Source: Burkholderiales bacterium (GTDB lineage Bacteria; Pseudomonadota; Gammaproteobacteria; Burkholderiales; SG8-39). Taken from it: DNA of 57,891 nucleotides. Each line of letters starts with the position of its first letter. Position 1 is the first letter of the stretch. This document shows, in pieces, positions 36,088 through 47,645 of this stretch. A program made the position numbers and the translations under genes. Location of the stretch: NCBI GenBank assembly GCA_035514595.1, contig DATKAX010000172.1, positions 1 to 57,891 of the forward strand. The letters run 5' to 3'. Below the pieces are notes generated by a model that saw nothing but the letters and a program-made list of their open reading frames with translations, ran no database searches and was not told the origin of the DNA.

Positions 36088-37064
36088 CAGTTGCCCGCGA
36101 CGATGCTCATCACCGCCATCCGCACGGCGATGCCGAAGGTGACCTGCGGCAGGATCACCGAATGCGGGCCGTCGGCCACCGACGAGTCGATCTCGACCCC
36201 CCGGTTCATCGGCCCGGGGTGCATCACGATCGCATCCGGCTTCGCGGCCGCGAGCTTGTCCTGCGTGAGTCCGTAGTGCTTGAAGTACTCCTGCGCGGAG
36301 GGCAGAAGCGCGCCGCGCATGCGCTCGTGCTGCAGCCGCAGCATTACCACCACGTCGCAGCCCTTGAGCCCGGCGCGCATCTCGTGGAACACGCGCACGC
36401 CGAGAGCCTCGACCGCGCCCGGCAGCAGCGTCTGCGGGCCGATCACGCGCACCTCGGGCACGCCGAGCGTGGTGAGCCCCTGAATCAGGGAGCGCGCGAC
36501 ACGCGAGTGCAGCACGTCGCCCACGATCGCGACCGTCAGGCGCGCGAAGTCCTTCTTGTAGTGGCGGATGGTGTACAGATCGAGCAGGCCCTGGGTCGGA
36601 TGCGCGTGCCGGCCATCGCCCGCATTGATCACGTGCTCGTGACGCTTGACGTGGCGCGCGATGAGGAAAGGGGCGCCGGAGGCGTCGTGGCGCACGACGA
36701 AGATGTCGGCCTGCATCGCCGAGAGGTTGGCCACGGTATCGAGCAGCGATTCGCCCTTGCTCTGCGAGGAAACCGCGACGTTGAGGTTGATGACGTCGGC
36801 CGAGAGGCGCTTCGCGGCGATCTCGAAGGTGGTGCGCGTACGCGTCGAGGGCTCGAAGAACAGGTTGAAGACGCTCTTGCCGCGCAGGATCGGCACCTTC
36901 TTGACCTCGCGCTCGGTGACGCCGACGAAGGACTCCGCGGTGTCGAGGATCTGCTCCAGCACCGGGCGCGGCAGCCCCTCGATCGAAAGCAGGTGCTGCA
37001 GCTCCCCGTTGGCGCTCAGCTGCGGGTTACTACGCTGCACGCTCGGGCTCCAGCGCGAGGGCAA
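36087..37064 (-). CDS. pyrB: Aspartate carbamoyltransferase catalytic subunit
   Basis: Motifs are [17 protein letters not shown] and HPGPMNRG. 325 aa, with a 35-nt overlap onto the 3' end of pyrR. Confidence 0.95.
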   Translation of the reverse strand: MPSRWSPSVQRSNPQLSANGELQHLLSIEGLPRPVLEQILDTAESFVGVTEREVKKVPILRGKSVFNLFFEPSTRTRTTFEIAAKRLSADVINLNVAVSSQSKGESLLDTVANLSAMQADIFVVRHDASGAPFLIARHVKRHEHVINAGDGRHAHPTQGLLDLYTIRHYKKDFARLTVAIVGDVLHSRVARSLIQGLTTLGVPEVRVIGPQTLLPGAVEALGVRVFHEMRAGLKGCDVVVMLRLQHERMRGALLPSAQEYFKHYGLTQDKLAAAKPDAIVMHPGPMNRGVEIDSSVADGPHSVILPQVTFGIAVRMAVMSIVAGN

Positions 37065-37533
37065 GGGCGCCGCCCTCGGCCCGCTTGAGGCGCAGTCGCA
37101 TCCCGGCAGGCACCTCGACGCGGGCGCCGCAGTGCTGGGCGCAGATCGGCAGCTGCCTGCCGCCGCGGTCTGCCAGCACCACCAGCGCGATGCTCGCGGG
37201 ACGGCCGTAGTCGAACAGCTCGTTCATCGCCGCGCGCACGGTGCGACCGGTGTACAGCACGTCGTCGACCAGCAGCAGGTCGCGACCGCCGACGTCGAAG
37301 GGAATCCTGGTGCGCTTGGGGTCGTGATGCAATCCCTGCGCGTGGTAGTCGTCGCGGTAGAACGCGATGTCCATCAGGCCCAGCGGCAGCTCGAGCCGCA
37401 GCATCGCGTGCAGCCGCTCGGCGAGCCATGCGCCTCCGGTGTACAGGCCGATCATCGCGGTCTCGCGAGCGACGCGCGGGCGCAGCTCGGCGGCGAGCTG
37501 CTCGCACAGGCGTTCCGCTTCAGGCAGCTTCAT
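37030..37533 (-). CDS. pyrR: PyrR (pyrimidine operon regulator / uracil phosphoribosyltransferase)
   Basis: It has the PRPP-binding loop [13 protein letters not shown]. 167 aa, upstream of pyrB. Confidence 0.9.
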   Translation of the reverse strand: MKLPEAERLCEQLAAELRPRVARETAMIGLYTGGAWLAERLHAMLRLELPLGLMDIAFYRDDYHAQGLHHDPKRTRIPFDVGGRDLLLVDDVLYTGRTVRAAMNELFDYGRPASIALVVLADRGGRQLPICAQHCGARVEVPAGMRLRLKRAEGGALALALEPERAA

Positions 37534-37918
37534 CGAAATACTGCTCGAGAATGAGCTGTGCCGCCACCGAGTCGATCTGCGCTTTCTTCGCGCGCGTCCC
37601 GCGCAGGCGCGAGGCGGCCTCGACCGAGGTGAAGCGCTCGTCGACGCGGGTGACCGGAAGCTTGAAGCGCCGCTCGAGCCGCCTGGCGAAATTCTCGGCC
37701 TGGCGGGTCATCGCGTGCGCCTCGCCCTGCAGCGAGGCGGGAAGTCCGACGACCAGCGCCGCGGGCTGCCACTCGGATACCAGGGATGCGATCTGATCGA
37801 ATCGGGCCACCGCGCGCAGCGGATGTGCCGAGCGCAACTCGGGCTCGCCTACGGCGACGCCGATGCGCTTGAGTCCGAAATCGAATGCGAGGACCGTGCG
37901 CGCGGCCCGATCAGGCAT
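37520..37918 (-). CDS. ruvX: YqgF/RuvX putative pre-16S rRNA nuclease
   Basis: Motifs are [21 protein letters not shown] and DERFTS. 132 aa. Confidence 0.88.
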   Translation of the reverse strand: MPDRAARTVLAFDFGLKRIGVAVGEPELRSAHPLRAVARFDQIASLVSEWQPAALVVGLPASLQGEAHAMTRQAENFARRLERRFKLPVTRVDERFTSVEAASRLRGTRAKKAQIDSVAAQLILEQYFDEAA

Positions 37919-38471
37919 GTCCCGCTTCGTCCTGCAGCCTCGCGAAATCGACGCCGAGGAGCTCCATCGCCGCGGGCAGGCGCTCCTCGGCGGGGGTCTC
38001 GAAGATGATGCCGTCGCGCGCCTCGACCGTGAGCCAGGCGTTCTGCGACAGCTCGTGCTCGAGCTGCCCCGGCGACCATCCGGCGTAGCCCAGCGTCACG
38101 AGCATGCGCCTGGGCCCGTCGCCGCGTCCCACCGCTTCGAGGATGTCCTTCGAGGTGGTGAGGCCGATCGCGTCGCGCACGCGCAGCGTCGACTGCCAGT
38201 TGCCCGCCGGCTCGTGCAGCACGAACCCGCGGTCGGTCTGCACCGGCCCGCCGAAGTAGATCGGCGCGTCGGCGAGCTCGGCGTCGCGCAGCCTGAGCGA
38301 GAGCCGCTCGAACAGCGCCTGCAGCGTGAGGTCGATGGGGCGATTGACCACCAGGCCGAGCGCGCCCTGGTCGTTGTGCTCGCAGATGTAGGTCAGCGTC
38401 CTCGAGAAATACGGATCGGCCATGTTGGGCATGGCGATCAGAAAGTGATGCGTCAGATTGATCGAGGACAT
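37911..38471 (-). CDS. YqgE/AlgH family protein (UPF0301)
   Basis: Motifs are [38 protein letters not shown] and [13 protein letters not shown]. The start is at 38471, with alternative starts at 38489 and 38498. Confidence 0.88.
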   Translation of the reverse strand: MSSINLTHHFLIAMPNMADPYFSRTLTYICEHNDQGALGLVVNRPIDLTLQALFERLSLRLRDAELADAPIYFGGPVQTDRGFVLHEPAGNWQSTLRVRDAIGLTTSKDILEAVGRGDGPRRMLVTLGYAGWSPGQLEHELSQNAWLTVEARDGIIFETPAEERLPAAMELLGVDFARLQDEAGHA

Positions 38472-38542
38472 GCTCTCGCCCGGATTCATTTTACCCATAA
38501 TGGAGCTTAGAGCCGGGCCGCCGGGGAAAGTTTGGCGCGCGC

Positions 38543-38728
38543 CTAGATCTCCACCATCTCGAAGTCGTCCTTGCGCGCGCCGCATTCCGGACAGGTCCAG
38601 TTCATCGGCACGTCTTCCCAGCGCGTGCCCGGCGCGATGCCTTCCTCGGGCACGCCGGCGGCCTCGTCGTATACCCAGCCGCAGATGAGGCACATCCAAG
38701 TCCTGAATTGCACTTGATTTTCGGTCAT
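38543..38728 (-). CDS. Rubredoxin
   Basis: It has two CxxC knuckles ([12 protein letters not shown]...[14 protein letters not shown]). The start MTENQ at 38728 is tentative. Confidence 0.88.
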   Translation of the reverse strand: MTENQVQFRTWMCLICGWVYDEAAGVPEEGIAPGTRWEDVPMNWTCPECGARKDDFEMVEI

Positions 38729-38765
38729 GTAGAGCGGGGCAGTAGAATGCCCGCGAGTGTAACTC

Positions 38766-39524
38766 ATGTCGCTTTCTCCTCCGTGCGTGCTCGCCTTTGC
38801 AGCGTCCGATCCGAGCGGCGGCGCCGGCGTGCAGGCCGATCTCCTGACCTTGGCGGCGCTCGGATGCCATCCGCTGTCGGTCGTGACCGCGCTTACCGTG
38901 CAGGACACGCGCGGCGTGGAGGGCGTGCTGCCGATCGCGGCGCACTGGGTCGCCGAGCAGGCGCGATGCCTGCTTCGCGATGTCGCGGCGGCGGCATTCA
39001 AGTTCGGCGTGCTCGGCTCCGCGGAGAACGTACGCGCAGCCGCCGACGCGGTTTCCGCGCATGGCGCGGTGCCGCTCGTCGTGGACCCGGTTCTCGCCTC
39101 GGGACGCGGCGATGCGCTCGCCGGGGAGGACACGATCGAGGCGCTGCGCAGCCTGGTGTTCCCGCGCACCACGCTACTGACGCCGAACAGCATCGAGGCG
39201 CGCCGCCTCGGCGGCGTGGAGCGGATCCTCGAGACCGGCTGCCGCTACGTTCTGGTGACCGGCACGCACCAGCCGGGCACCGAAGTGGTGAACGTTCTCT
39301 ACTCCGCGCAGGGCGTGGTGCGCACCGATCGCTGGCCGCGGCTGCCGGAGAGCTATCACGGGTCGGGCTGCACGCTCGCCTCGGCGCTCGCGGCCGCGCT
39401 TGCCAAGGGGCGCCCGGTCGCGGAGGCGGCGCAGGACGCGCAGGCCTACGTCTGGCAGGCGCTTTGCGCAGGCTTCCGCCCGGGAGGCGGCCAGTTCATT
39501 CCGAACCGGTTCTTCCGGCAATGA
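38766..39524 (+). CDS. thiD: Hydroxymethylpyrimidine/phosphomethylpyrimidine kinase
   Basis: Motifs are [22 protein letters not shown] and [12 protein letters not shown]. 252 aa. Confidence 0.92.
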   Translation: MSLSPPCVLAFAASDPSGGAGVQADLLTLAALGCHPLSVVTALTVQDTRGVEGVLPIAAHWVAEQARCLLRDVAAAAFKFGVLGSAENVRAAADAVSAHGAVPLVVDPVLASGRGDALAGEDTIEALRSLVFPRTTLLTPNSIEARRLGGVERILETGCRYVLVTGTHQPGTEVVNVLYSAQGVVRTDRWPRLPESYHGSGCTLASALAAALAKGRPVAEAAQDAQAYVWQALCAGFRPGGGQFIPNRFFRQ

Positions 39525-40108
39525 GGCTGCGCGGCCTGTACGCCGTCACGCCGGAGAGCGCCGATTTCCTCGACCGGCTGCGGCTCGCGCTCGAGGGCGG
39601 CGCCGCGCTCGTGCAATACCGGCGCAAGCGCCGCGACGTCGCCGCGGCGAAGCAGGCGCTCGATCTCGCGCGCCGCCACGGCGTGCCGTTGATCGTGAAC
39701 GACGACGTCGAGCTCGCGCTCGAGATCGGCGCCGACGGCGCGCACCTCGGCCGCGACGACGGCGATCTCGCCGCTGCGCGCACGCGCCTCGCGGGAAAGA
39801 TCCTCGGCGCGTCCTGCTACGACGATTCCGAGCGCGCCAGGGCGGCGGTGCGCGCCGGGGCGGATTACGTCGCCTTCGGTTCCGTGTTCGCCTCGACCAC
39901 CAAGCCTGCCGCCGTGCGCGCGCCGCTCGAGCTGTTCGGCGAGGCGAGGTCGCTCGGCGTGCCGCTGTGCGCGATCGGCGGCATCCGGCTCGACAACGCG
40001 CGCCAGGCGATCGACGCCGGCGCCGACCTGCTCGCGGTGATCTCCGACCTCTTCGACGCCCGCGACGTGCGCCTGCGCGCGCAACAATATGGAAGGCTGT
40101 TCGCATGA
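39521..40108 (+). CDS. thiE: Thiamine-phosphate synthase
   Basis: Motifs are [39 protein letters not shown] and AIGGI. It shows an ATGA overlap with thiD. Confidence 0.9.
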   Translation: MRLRGLYAVTPESADFLDRLRLALEGGAALVQYRRKRRDVAAAKQALDLARRHGVPLIVNDDVELALEIGADGAHLGRDDGDLAAARTRLAGKILGASCYDDSERARAAVRAGADYVAFGSVFASTTKPAAVRAPLELFGEARSLGVPLCAIGGIRLDNARQAIDAGADLLAVISDLFDARDVRLRAQQYGRLFA

Positions 40109-41376
40109 ACAACGAGTCCCTTTTCGAGCGCGCCTGCAGGCGCATTCCCGGCGGCGTCAATTCACCGGTGCGCGCGTTTCGCGCGGTCGGCGGCGTGCCG
40201 CGGTTCTTCGAGAGAGCGTCGGGCGCCTACCTCTGGGACGCCGAGGGCGCGCGCTACATCGACTACGTCGGCTCGTGGGGTCCGATGGTCGCCGGCCATA
40301 CCCATCCGGCGGTGGTCGAGGCGGTCCAGGAAGCGGCCTCGCGCGCGCTTTCGTTCGGTGCGCCGACCGCGGCTGAAGTCGAGCTCGCCGAGACCCTCGC
40401 CCGGCTCGTGCCCTCGCTCGACATGGTGCGGCTCGTGTCTTCCGGGACCGAGGCGACGATGACCGCGATCCGCCTGGCGCGAGGCTTCACCGGCCGCAGC
40501 TTCATCGTCAAGTTCGAGGGCTGCTACCACGGCCACGCCGATGCGCTGCTCGTGAAGGCGGGCTCGGGCGCGCTCACTTTCGGCAACCCGAGCTCCGCCG
40601 GCGTTCCCGCCGAAACCGCCGCGCATACCGTGGTGCTCGATTACAACGATGTTCCGCAGCTCGATTCGCTGTTCGAGAAGCGCGGCCCGGAAATCGCCGG
40701 TGTGATCGTCGAGCCGGTCGCGGGCAACATGAACCTGGTTCTCCCCTCGCCCGGATTTCTCGAGGCGCTGCGCGGCCAGTGCACGCGCCACGGCGCGGTG
40801 CTGATCTTCGACGAAGTGATGACTGGCTTTCGCGTCGCGCTCGGCGGCGCGCAGGCGCGCTTCGGCATCCGCCCCGACCTCACGACGCTCGGAAAAGTAA
40901 TCGGCGGCGGATTGCCGCTCGGCGCGCTCGGCGGGCGGCGCGACATCATGGAGAAGCTCGCACCCCTTGGCCCGGTGTATCAGGCAGGCACTTTGTCCGG
41001 CAACCCGGTCGCCGTCGCCGCGGGTCTCGCCACGCTCCGACTGGTAGCGGAAAAGGGGTTCCTCGAGAAAATCGAGGCAACCACGAAGGCGCTGGTGGAA
41101 GGTCTCGCTGCAGAAGCGAGAAAGGCGCAGGCCGTGTTCTCCTCGCAATCGATCGGCAGCATGTTCGGCCTGTATTTCCGCGCCACGCCGCCGCGCACGT
41201 TCGCCGAGGTGATGCAGTGCGACCGCGAGCGCTTCAACCGCTTCTTCCACGCCATGCTCGCCAAAGGGGTCTACCTTGCACCGTCGGCCTACGAAGCGGG
41301 ATTCGTCTCGGCCGCGCACGGCGCCGCGGAGATCGACGCGACGCTCGCCGCGGCGCGCGAGGCCTTCAAGGCCTAG
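40105..41376 (+). CDS. hemL: Glutamate-1-semialdehyde 2,1-aminomutase
   Basis: Motifs are [28 protein letters not shown] and [11 protein letters not shown] (PLP lysine). It shows an ATGA overlap with thiE. Confidence 0.95.
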   Translation: MNNESLFERACRRIPGGVNSPVRAFRAVGGVPRFFERASGAYLWDAEGARYIDYVGSWGPMVAGHTHPAVVEAVQEAASRALSFGAPTAAEVELAETLARLVPSLDMVRLVSSGTEATMTAIRLARGFTGRSFIVKFEGCYHGHADALLVKAGSGALTFGNPSSAGVPAETAAHTVVLDYNDVPQLDSLFEKRGPEIAGVIVEPVAGNMNLVLPSPGFLEALRGQCTRHGAVLIFDEVMTGFRVALGGAQARFGIRPDLTTLGKVIGGGLPLGALGGRRDIMEKLAPLGPVYQAGTLSGNPVAVAAGLATLRLVAEKGFLEKIEATTKALVEGLAAEARKAQAVFSSQSIGSMFGLYFRATPPRTFAEVMQCDRERFNRFFHAMLAKGVYLAPSAYEAGFVSAAHGAAEIDATLAAAREAFKA

Positions 41377-42752
41377 ATCAGAATCAGCGTCGCGAGTCCC
41401 AGAAAAATGAAAAAGCCGCCGGAGTCGGTCACGGCGGTGATCAGCACCGAGGAGCCGACCGCGGGGTCGCGCCCCAACCGGCCGCGCAGCCAAGGGATCG
41501 CCACGCCCATCAGCGCGGCGAGCAGCAGATTCAGGATCATGGCGAGCGCCATCACGCCCCCCAGTGCCACGTTGCGGTAGAAAGCATAGGTAACCGCCCC
41601 GAGCAGGCTGCCCCAGATGGCGCCGTTCAGCAGCGCGACGCCGAGCTCCTTCGCCAGCAGCTTCGTCCAATAGGGGCCCTGGATCTGCCCGAGCGCCATC
41701 GCCCGCACGATCATGGTGATGGTCTGGTTGCCCGAGTTGCCGCCGATCCCGGCCACGATCGGCATCAGCGCCGCGAGCGCGACCAGCTGCGCGATCGAGT
41801 CCTCGAAGGCCCCGATGACGCGCGAGGCGATGAACGCGGTGACGAGGTTCACCGCCAGCCACGCCCAGCGGTTCCTGAAGCTGTCGAGCACCGGCGCGAA
41901 CACGTCCTCCTCCTCGCGCAGGCCGGCCTCCGCGAGCTGCGATTCGGCGCTGCGCTCGCGGATGTAGTCGACCACGGCGTCGACGGTCAGGCGCCCGACG
42001 AGACGCCCGGCGTCGTCGACCACCGGCGCCGAGACCAGGTCGTAGCGCTCGAACGCGCTCGCCGCGTCCTCGGCGCGATCCTGCGGGTGCAGCCTGACGC
42101 GCTCGGGCAGCATCACGCGCGACACCTCGAGCTCGAGGTCGGAAACGATGAGGCGCGCGAGCGGCAGCATGCCCTTCAGCACCAGGCTGCGGTCGACCAC
42201 GAACAGCTGGTCGGTGTGATCGGGAAGCTCGTCCATGCGCCGCAGGTAGCGCGTCACCGCCTCGAGGGTGACGTCCTCGCGCACTGCGACGTGCTCGAAA
42301 TCCATGAGCGCGCCGACCGAGCCCTCGGGATAGGACAGCGCCGAGCGCAGGCGTTCGCGCTCCTCCGGCGCGAGCGACTGCACCACTTCCGCGATAACGC
42401 TCGGCGGAAGATCGGGGGCGATGTCGGCGAGCTCGTCCGCCTCGAGCGTCTCGGCGGCGGCGACCAGCTCGGCGGGCTCCATCGCCGCGATGAGCGACTC
42501 GCGCACCGCGTCGGAGACCTCCAGCAGGATCTCCCCGTCGCGCTCGGCCTTGACGAGATCCCAGACCGCGAGCCGCTCCTCGAGCGGAAGCGCCTCCAGG
42601 AGGTAGGCGACGTCCGCGGGATGCAGCCGGTCGAGCCGGTCGTGCAGCTCGCGAAGACGCCGCTCGCGCGCCCCGCCCTGCAGCAGCGCCCGCACCTCGC
42701 GCAGGCTGCGCTGCAGGTCCTCGGTCTCCAGCCGCTCCTGCGCCTGCGCCAT
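41373..42752 (-). CDS. mgtE: Magnesium transporter MgtE
   Basis: It has an N-domain, CBS pairs and a TM domain with the motif [15 protein letters not shown]. The start MAQAQERLE at 42752 was set by ORF arithmetic (459 aa). Confidence 0.92.
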   Translation of the reverse strand: MAQAQERLETEDLQRSLREVRALLQGGARERRLRELHDRLDRLHPADVAYLLEALPLEERLAVWDLVKAERDGEILLEVSDAVRESLIAAMEPAELVAAAETLEADELADIAPDLPPSVIAEVVQSLAPEERERLRSALSYPEGSVGALMDFEHVAVREDVTLEAVTRYLRRMDELPDHTDQLFVVDRSLVLKGMLPLARLIVSDLELEVSRVMLPERVRLHPQDRAEDAASAFERYDLVSAPVVDDAGRLVGRLTVDAVVDYIRERSAESQLAEAGLREEEDVFAPVLDSFRNRWAWLAVNLVTAFIASRVIGAFEDSIAQLVALAALMPIVAGIGGNSGNQTITMIVRAMALGQIQGPYWTKLLAKELGVALLNGAIWGSLLGAVTYAFYRNVALGGVMALAMILNLLLAALMGVAIPWLRGRLGRDPAVGSSVLITAVTDSGGFFIFLGLATLILI

Positions 42753-42765
42753 GGGCCGAAGCGTA

Positions 42766-43503
42766 TCAGGGGATCTGCACGCTCCCCATGCGCTCCAGAA
42801 TGGTGGCGGTGCGCCCGGCGGAATAGGGCGTCGCTTCGCCTCGCGCATAGCGCCGCGGGCTCGGCAGGATCGCCGCAAGCCACGCCGCCTGCTCGGGTCC
42901 GATCGCACTCGCGGACGCGCCAAAGTGATGTCGCGCGGCCGCCTCGGCGCCGAATACGCCGTCGCCCCACTCCGCGACGTTGAGGTACAGCTCCAGGATG
43001 CGGCGCTTGGAGAGCGTGCGCTCCATCATCCACGTGATCGCCGCCTCCTGCGCTTTGCGCAGCCACGAGCGGCTGCCCGAAAGGAACAGGTTCTTGGCGA
43101 GCTGCTGGCTGATGGTCGAGGCGCCCGCCACCACCCTGCCCCGCCTTTCGTTCCTCACCATCGCCTTCTGGATCGCTTCCCAGTCGAAACCCTCGTGGTC
43201 GAGGAATTTCGCATCCTCGGCGGCGACCACCGCCCGCTTGAGATGCACCGAGATACGCCCGTAGGAGACCCACACCTGCCTGAGGCGCGCGCCGGGACGC
43301 TCGGCGCTCAAGGCCTGTAACCGCCGCTCCATGAAAGCGGTGCTGGCCGGGTTGAACCAGTTCCAATACAAGATGTGCCCGAAGAACCACACTTGCAGCC
43401 CCACGACGACGATCACCAGCGTGCCCAGGCCGTAGCAGAACGCCTTCCACGCGGTCCAGATGCCGCGCAGCAGCCCGGCACGCTTCTTCCTAGCGGCCGC
43501 CAC
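42766..43503 (-). CDS. mtgA: Monofunctional biosynthetic peptidoglycan transglycosylase
   Basis: GT51 motifs are AAEDAKFLDHEGFD, GASTISQQLAKNLFL and RILELYLNVAEWG. The GTG start at 43503 overlaps the 3' end of aroE by 14 nt. Confidence 0.88.
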   Translation of the reverse strand: MAAARKKRAGLLRGIWTAWKAFCYGLGTLVIVVVGLQVWFFGHILYWNWFNPASTAFMERRLQALSAERPGARLRQVWVSYGRISVHLKRAVVAAEDAKFLDHEGFDWEAIQKAMVRNERRGRVVAGASTISQQLAKNLFLSGSRSWLRKAQEAAITWMMERTLSKRRILELYLNVAEWGDGVFGAEAAARHHFGASASAIGPEQAAWLAAILPSPRRYARGEATPYSAGRTATILERMGSVQIP

Positions 43504-44290
43504 GCAGCGCTTCCAGCACCGGCCGCGTCTGCGGACGCACACCGCGCCAGACGAAGAACGATTCCGCCGCCTGCTCGACCAGCATTCCGAGCCCATCGCA
43601 GGCGCGCGCGCCGGCCGCACGCGCCGCGGCCAGAAACGGCGTGTCGCGACCGTAGACCATGTCGTAGGCGAGCGTGTGCTCGCCGAGCACGCCGCGGGGC
43701 AGCGCAGGCGCTTCGCCGGCGAGGCCGGCGGAGGTGGCATTGATCACGATGTCGAAAGACCGTCCGGCGAGCTCCTCGTAGCCGCAGGCCGACACTGCGG
43801 CGAAACGCGCCGCGAGCGCGAGCGCCTTGGCCGGCGTGCGGTTTGCGATCACGAGCTGCGCCACGCGCGCCTCGAGGAGCGCGCCGAGGACGCCCTGGGC
43901 GGCGCCGCCCGCTCCCATCAGCAGCAGCGTCTTGCCTGCGAGTTCCACGCCCAGGTTCTGCGAAAGGTCTCGCGCCAGCCCGATGCCGTCGGTGTTGTCC
44001 CCCAGAATCCCGGCATCGAGAACCAGCGTGTTCACCGCCTGCGCGGCGCGTGCGCGGCCGGTCGTGCGGGTGCAGCAGCGAAATGCCTGCTCCTTGAACG
44101 GCAGCGTGACGTTCAGCCCCCTGCCACCGCCGGCGCGAAAGCGCTCGAGCGCCTGCGCGAAGCCGCCCAGCGGCGCCTCGATACGCCCGTATTCCAGTTC
44201 CTGGCCCGTAGCGCGGGCGAACGCGGCATGGATCCAGGGCGATTTCGAATGCGCCACCGGGTTGCCGATGACCGCGTAACGGTCGCTCAT
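43490..44290 (-). CDS. aroE: Shikimate dehydrogenase
   Basis: Motifs are YAVIGNPVAHSKSP, LNVTLPFK, NTDGIG and GAGGAA. 266 aa. Confidence 0.93.
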   Translation of the reverse strand: MSDRYAVIGNPVAHSKSPWIHAAFARATGQELEYGRIEAPLGGFAQALERFRAGGGRGLNVTLPFKEQAFRCCTRTTGRARAAQAVNTLVLDAGILGDNTDGIGLARDLSQNLGVELAGKTLLLMGAGGAAQGVLGALLEARVAQLVIANRTPAKALALAARFAAVSACGYEELAGRSFDIVINATSAGLAGEAPALPRGVLGEHTLAYDMVYGRDTPFLAAARAAGARACDGLGMLVEQAAESFFVWRGVRPQTRPVLEALRGGR

Positions 44291-44297
44291 CCGGCCG

Positions 44298-45170
44298 CTA
44301 CTCGGTCCAGATCTTGTCGCCCTGGCCGAAAAACCAGGTGCGGGTGATGATCAGCTGATCCGTGTCGCGGCGAATGTCGGGAGGGAACGCGGCGAAGGGC
44401 GTCGCCATGCGCACGATCTTGAATGCCGCCTCGTCCAGGACCTTGAGGCCGGAGGAGCGGTCAAGCTCGATCGCCACCACCTTGCCGTCGGCCTGGATGG
44501 CGACCGTCAGTCGCAGGTTGCCGTAGAGCTTGCCGCGGGCTTCGGGCGGGTAGTTCAGCGTGCCGATGCGCTCCACCTTGATGCGCCAGTCCTCCTCGTA
44601 CTGCGCAAAGCGATACTCGGTCGCGTTCGCCCCGATGAACTTCTTGCGCGGCCGCTTCTGGTACGCGTCGATCTGGCGCTCGATCTGCGCCTGCAGGCGG
44701 ATCGCGGCGAGCGCGAGGTCGGCGAGGTCGCGCCCGCTGGGCTGGGGGGCCGGCTCCTCGGCGGGAGCCGGCCGACGATTCTCTGCCGCAACGCGCGCGC
44801 GGGACTCACGCGCCTGGGCAAGCAGCCGCTGCTGCTCAGCCTCGAGCTGCTGGACGCGCCGCTGGGCGTCGGCAAGGTCCTTGCCGGGCTTGCGCGGCTC
44901 CGTGACCGGCAGTGGCGACTTGGCCCGGCGGCGCTGCTCGACGTTGCCGCCGCGATCCAGGTTCGCCTGAGCCAGCACTTCGGCCTTCGCCGGCCGCTCG
45001 CGCGTGGTGGCATTGACGAGGACGACCTCGAGGCGCTGGTCCAAAGCCTTTGAGCGCGCGTCGGGATACTTGAATTGCACCGCCATCAGGCCCGCGTGGA
45101 GCAGGATCGAGATCGCCAGTGCCACACCGAGCACCCGGTCATCGCCGCCGATGGTCAAGTGGAGTCTCAC
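44298..45170 (-). CDS. TonB-family protein (C-terminal TonB domain)
   Basis: It has an N-terminal TM helix, a charged/Pro-rich linker, and a C-terminal domain (YPPEARGKLYGNLRLTVAIQADGKVVAIELDRSSG...LDEAAFKIV). Confidence 0.75.
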   Translation of the reverse strand: MRLHLTIGGDDRVLGVALAISILLHAGLMAVQFKYPDARSKALDQRLEVVLVNATTRERPAKAEVLAQANLDRGGNVEQRRRAKSPLPVTEPRKPGKDLADAQRRVQQLEAEQQRLLAQARESRARVAAENRRPAPAEEPAPQPSGRDLADLALAAIRLQAQIERQIDAYQKRPRKKFIGANATEYRFAQYEEDWRIKVERIGTLNYPPEARGKLYGNLRLTVAIQADGKVVAIELDRSSGLKVLDEAAFKIVRMATPFAAFPPDIRRDTDQLIITRTWFFGQGDKIWTE

Positions 45171-45204
45171 CTCAGGTGTACAAGTCTTTCATATTATGGA
45201 GCTT

Positions 45205-47085
45205 TTATCTAGCCTCCGCATCGCCCTCCTGGATCGTAACCGGAGCCGCGCCCAAGGTTTCCTTGTACACCGCCGTGACCGAGCGCTCCAGGAGATCTAC
45301 CGCAGCGAGCTCCAGCCGGACCCGGGTACCCGGCGCGAGCTCGGGCAGCGACGACACGCGGCTCGCGAGCGGCAGGCCCTCGAAGCGCACCAGATTCTCG
45401 CGCAGCACCACTGCCTCGGCCGAACTGCGCTTTTCCTGCACCAGCCAGCGCAAGCTCCAGTAGTTCTCCATGGCGCGCTGGTGCTCGTCGTAGCGGGCGT
45501 GGGTCACCTCGAACGCGCGCAGCGCCGAGAGCAGCGCATCCGAGTTGCGCGCAAAGGGCGCCCGCCGGCCGCTCAGGGCGGCGACGAGCTGCCACTGGTT
45601 GACGAGGTCGACGTAGCGCCTCAGGGGCGAGCTCATCCACGCGTAGCAGGAAACGCCGAGGCCCTCGTGGGGCTCGGCATGGACGCTGAGGCGCACCTTG
45701 CCGACCGATTGGACTCGGTAGATCGCGGCAACGTCGCGCTCGGCAAGCAGCTCGCCCCAGCTCGAATTGGCAAGGATCATCATTTCGGACACCAGCTTGT
45801 CGAGCGGGGCGCCGCGCCTTCGCGGCACGATGCGAACCCGCCCGTCCTCGACGTGGAAGCTGTAATCGATCCCTGCCGCGCCGATGCTGGAGCGCCCGCG
45901 GCGCGCCTCGAGCGCGGTGGCGATGCGCCAGAGCGCGCATAACTCCGCCTCGAAAGGCAGCCCGAGGCTCGACCCGGCCTCAAAGGCCTCGTTCAACCGG
46001 TCGTACTCGGCATGACGCAGGTTCGCGGCGATCGGCACGAGCTCGAGCCGCGTGTGCCGGGCACGGACCTCGGCGCTGCCTTCCGAAACGTCGAAATACA
46101 GCGAGACCGCGGGCTGCTCGCCGCCGTGATCGAGCGAGTAGCGCTCGATGACATCTGCGGGCAGCATGGTGAACTTACGCCCGGGCATGTAGGCCGTGAC
46201 CAGACGCTCCCTCGCGACGGCGTCGAGCGCGGATCCAGGCGCAAAGCCGAGCCCCGGCGCCGCGATGTGGATGCCGATGCGCAGCTCGCCCGAGGGCAGA
46301 CGCCGCACGGAGAAAGCGTCGTCGATCTCGGTGGTCCCGACGTCGTCCAGGCTGAAGGCCGTGGTCTCGGCGCGCGGCAGATCGGCCGGCGGCGCCGGCA
46401 CCTCGTGCGGCGGAAACTGCGTGCCGCGGGGGAAGAACTCGTGCAGGAATCGCCCCAGGTGATAGTCGTGGGGGTCGGGAAGCAGGCCGCAGCGTTCGAA
46501 CAGGCGCGCGGGCGTAAGGCCGGTTTCGCCGCACGCCAGCTCGAAGGCCCGGGTCTCCGGCTTGTTGCGGTCCGGCCCATAGAGCAGCTCGTCCCGCAGG
46601 GCGTCGATCTCGCGCGGGCATTCGAAGCGCGCAAGCTGCCCGGCCCACGCAGCCACCTGCTCCTGGATGCGCTTTTTCTTCTCGAGGCTGGCAAGCGCGA
46701 GCTTGAGCGTTTGTTCCGGCGCGGCCTGGAAACGGCCCTTGCCGCGGCGATAGAAATACATCGGAGCCGAGTGCAGCTTCATCAGCACGCCGGCCGCTTC
46801 CGAGGCGGTGGGCTCGCGCCCGACGTACTCCCGCGCAAGGTCCTGGAAGCCGAATTCGTCGCCGCCGCTGCACTGCCACAGGAAGTCGGTCTCCAGTCCG
46901 GCCGCGAAACGCTGCGCCTCGGCGAGAAGCTCCGCCCCCGCCGGACGCTCGAAGCTCAGCAGCACGTTGCCGGCCTTGACCTTGGTGCGGCGGCCATGCG
47001 GGCTCTCCACCTGCAGCGACGCGCTCGCCTGGGCGAGCACGGCGCCCACCTTGAGCTCGCCACCCTCCTCGTAGAGCACCTGCAT
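45205..47085 (-). CDS. RNB-domain exoribonuclease (RNase II family)
   Basis: 626 aa with RNB motifs SLDDVGTTEIDDAFSV and MSSPLRRYVDLVNQ. Confidence 0.88.
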   Translation of the reverse strand: MQVLYEEGGELKVGAVLAQASASLQVESPHGRRTKVKAGNVLLSFERPAGAELLAEAQRFAAGLETDFLWQCSGGDEFGFQDLAREYVGREPTASEAAGVLMKLHSAPMYFYRRGKGRFQAAPEQTLKLALASLEKKKRIQEQVAAWAGQLARFECPREIDALRDELLYGPDRNKPETRAFELACGETGLTPARLFERCGLLPDPHDYHLGRFLHEFFPRGTQFPPHEVPAPPADLPRAETTAFSLDDVGTTEIDDAFSVRRLPSGELRIGIHIAAPGLGFAPGSALDAVARERLVTAYMPGRKFTMLPADVIERYSLDHGGEQPAVSLYFDVSEGSAEVRARHTRLELVPIAANLRHAEYDRLNEAFEAGSSLGLPFEAELCALWRIATALEARRGRSSIGAAGIDYSFHVEDGRVRIVPRRRGAPLDKLVSEMMILANSSWGELLAERDVAAIYRVQSVGKVRLSVHAEPHEGLGVSCYAWMSSPLRRYVDLVNQWQLVAALSGRRAPFARNSDALLSALRAFEVTHARYDEHQRAMENYWSLRWLVQEKRSSAEAVVLRENLVRFEGLPLASRVSSLPELAPGTRVRLELAAVDLLERSVTAVYKETLGAAPVTIQEGDAEAR

Positions 47086-47087
47086 GG

Positions 47088-47645
47088 TCAGGGGGCGAGG
47101 CCGCCGAAGCGCAGGATGCGCTCTAGATGCTGCGGGAAGCTCTGCAGGCTGTGGTCACCGCCCTGGATCACGACCTGCTCTGCCCCGGCGTAACGTTGCA
47201 CGGCTTCGCGGTAGTCGAGCACCTCGTCGCCGGTCTCGACCAGCAGGAGATAGCGCTGGGGCGTGATGCGCGGCACGTACAGCCTTTCCCATTCGCGCAG
47301 GTGCGCCTCGGTGAGCTCGTACGGCTCGCCGCTATGCAGGTTCTGCTGGGGGCCGAGATAGGCGCGCAAGCCGAGATGCGGCTCGACCGCCGGATTGATG
47401 AGCACCGCGCGGACACCGTGCTTCTCGGCGAGATAGGTTGCATAGAAGCCCCCGAGCGAGGACCCGACCAGGCAGGCGCCGGGCGAGACCCGCTTCTCGA
47501 TCTCCCGGATCGCAACTCCCGCGAGCAGCGGCAGCGCCGGGCAGGCGTACTGCGCCGCCAGGCCTCGCTCGGCCATGTAACTGCCCAGCACCTGCGCCTT
47601 GTGCGAGTGCGGTGAAGAGCTGAAGCCGTGCAGGTAGACGATCAC
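47088..47645 (-). CDS. yqiA: YqiA-family esterase (UPF0227)
   Basis: Motifs are MIVYLHGFSSSP, GSSLGG and GGDHS. 185 aa. Confidence 0.85.
   Translation of the reverse strand: MIVYLHGFSSSPHSHKAQVLGSYMAERGLAAQYACPALPLLAGVAIREIEKRVSPGACLVGSSLGGFYATYLAEKHGVRAVLINPAVEPHLGLRAYLGPQQNLHSGEPYELTEAHLREWERLYVPRITPQRYLLLVETGDEVLDYREAVQRYAGAEQVVIQGGDHSLQSFPQHLERILRFGGLAP

Noticed and set aside
37030-37064. The 35-nt pyrR/pyrB overlap, considered as a sign of a mis-called pyrB start.
   Set aside because: There is no alternative in-frame start before the conserved LLSIEGL region, and the N-terminal length matches Pseudomonas-type PyrB, so the overlap was kept.
38534-38543. A GGCGCGCGCC palindrome just after the rubredoxin stop, considered as a terminator.
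   Set aside because: It is a 10-bp self-complementary GC run with no loop and no T-tract, which is common by chance in this composition.
38729-38765. A possible TPP riboswitch upstream of thiD.
   Set aside because: Only ~37 nt separate thiD from the divergent rubredoxin gene, which is far too short for a THI-box aptamer, and no conserved CUGAGA/ACCUGA elements were seen.
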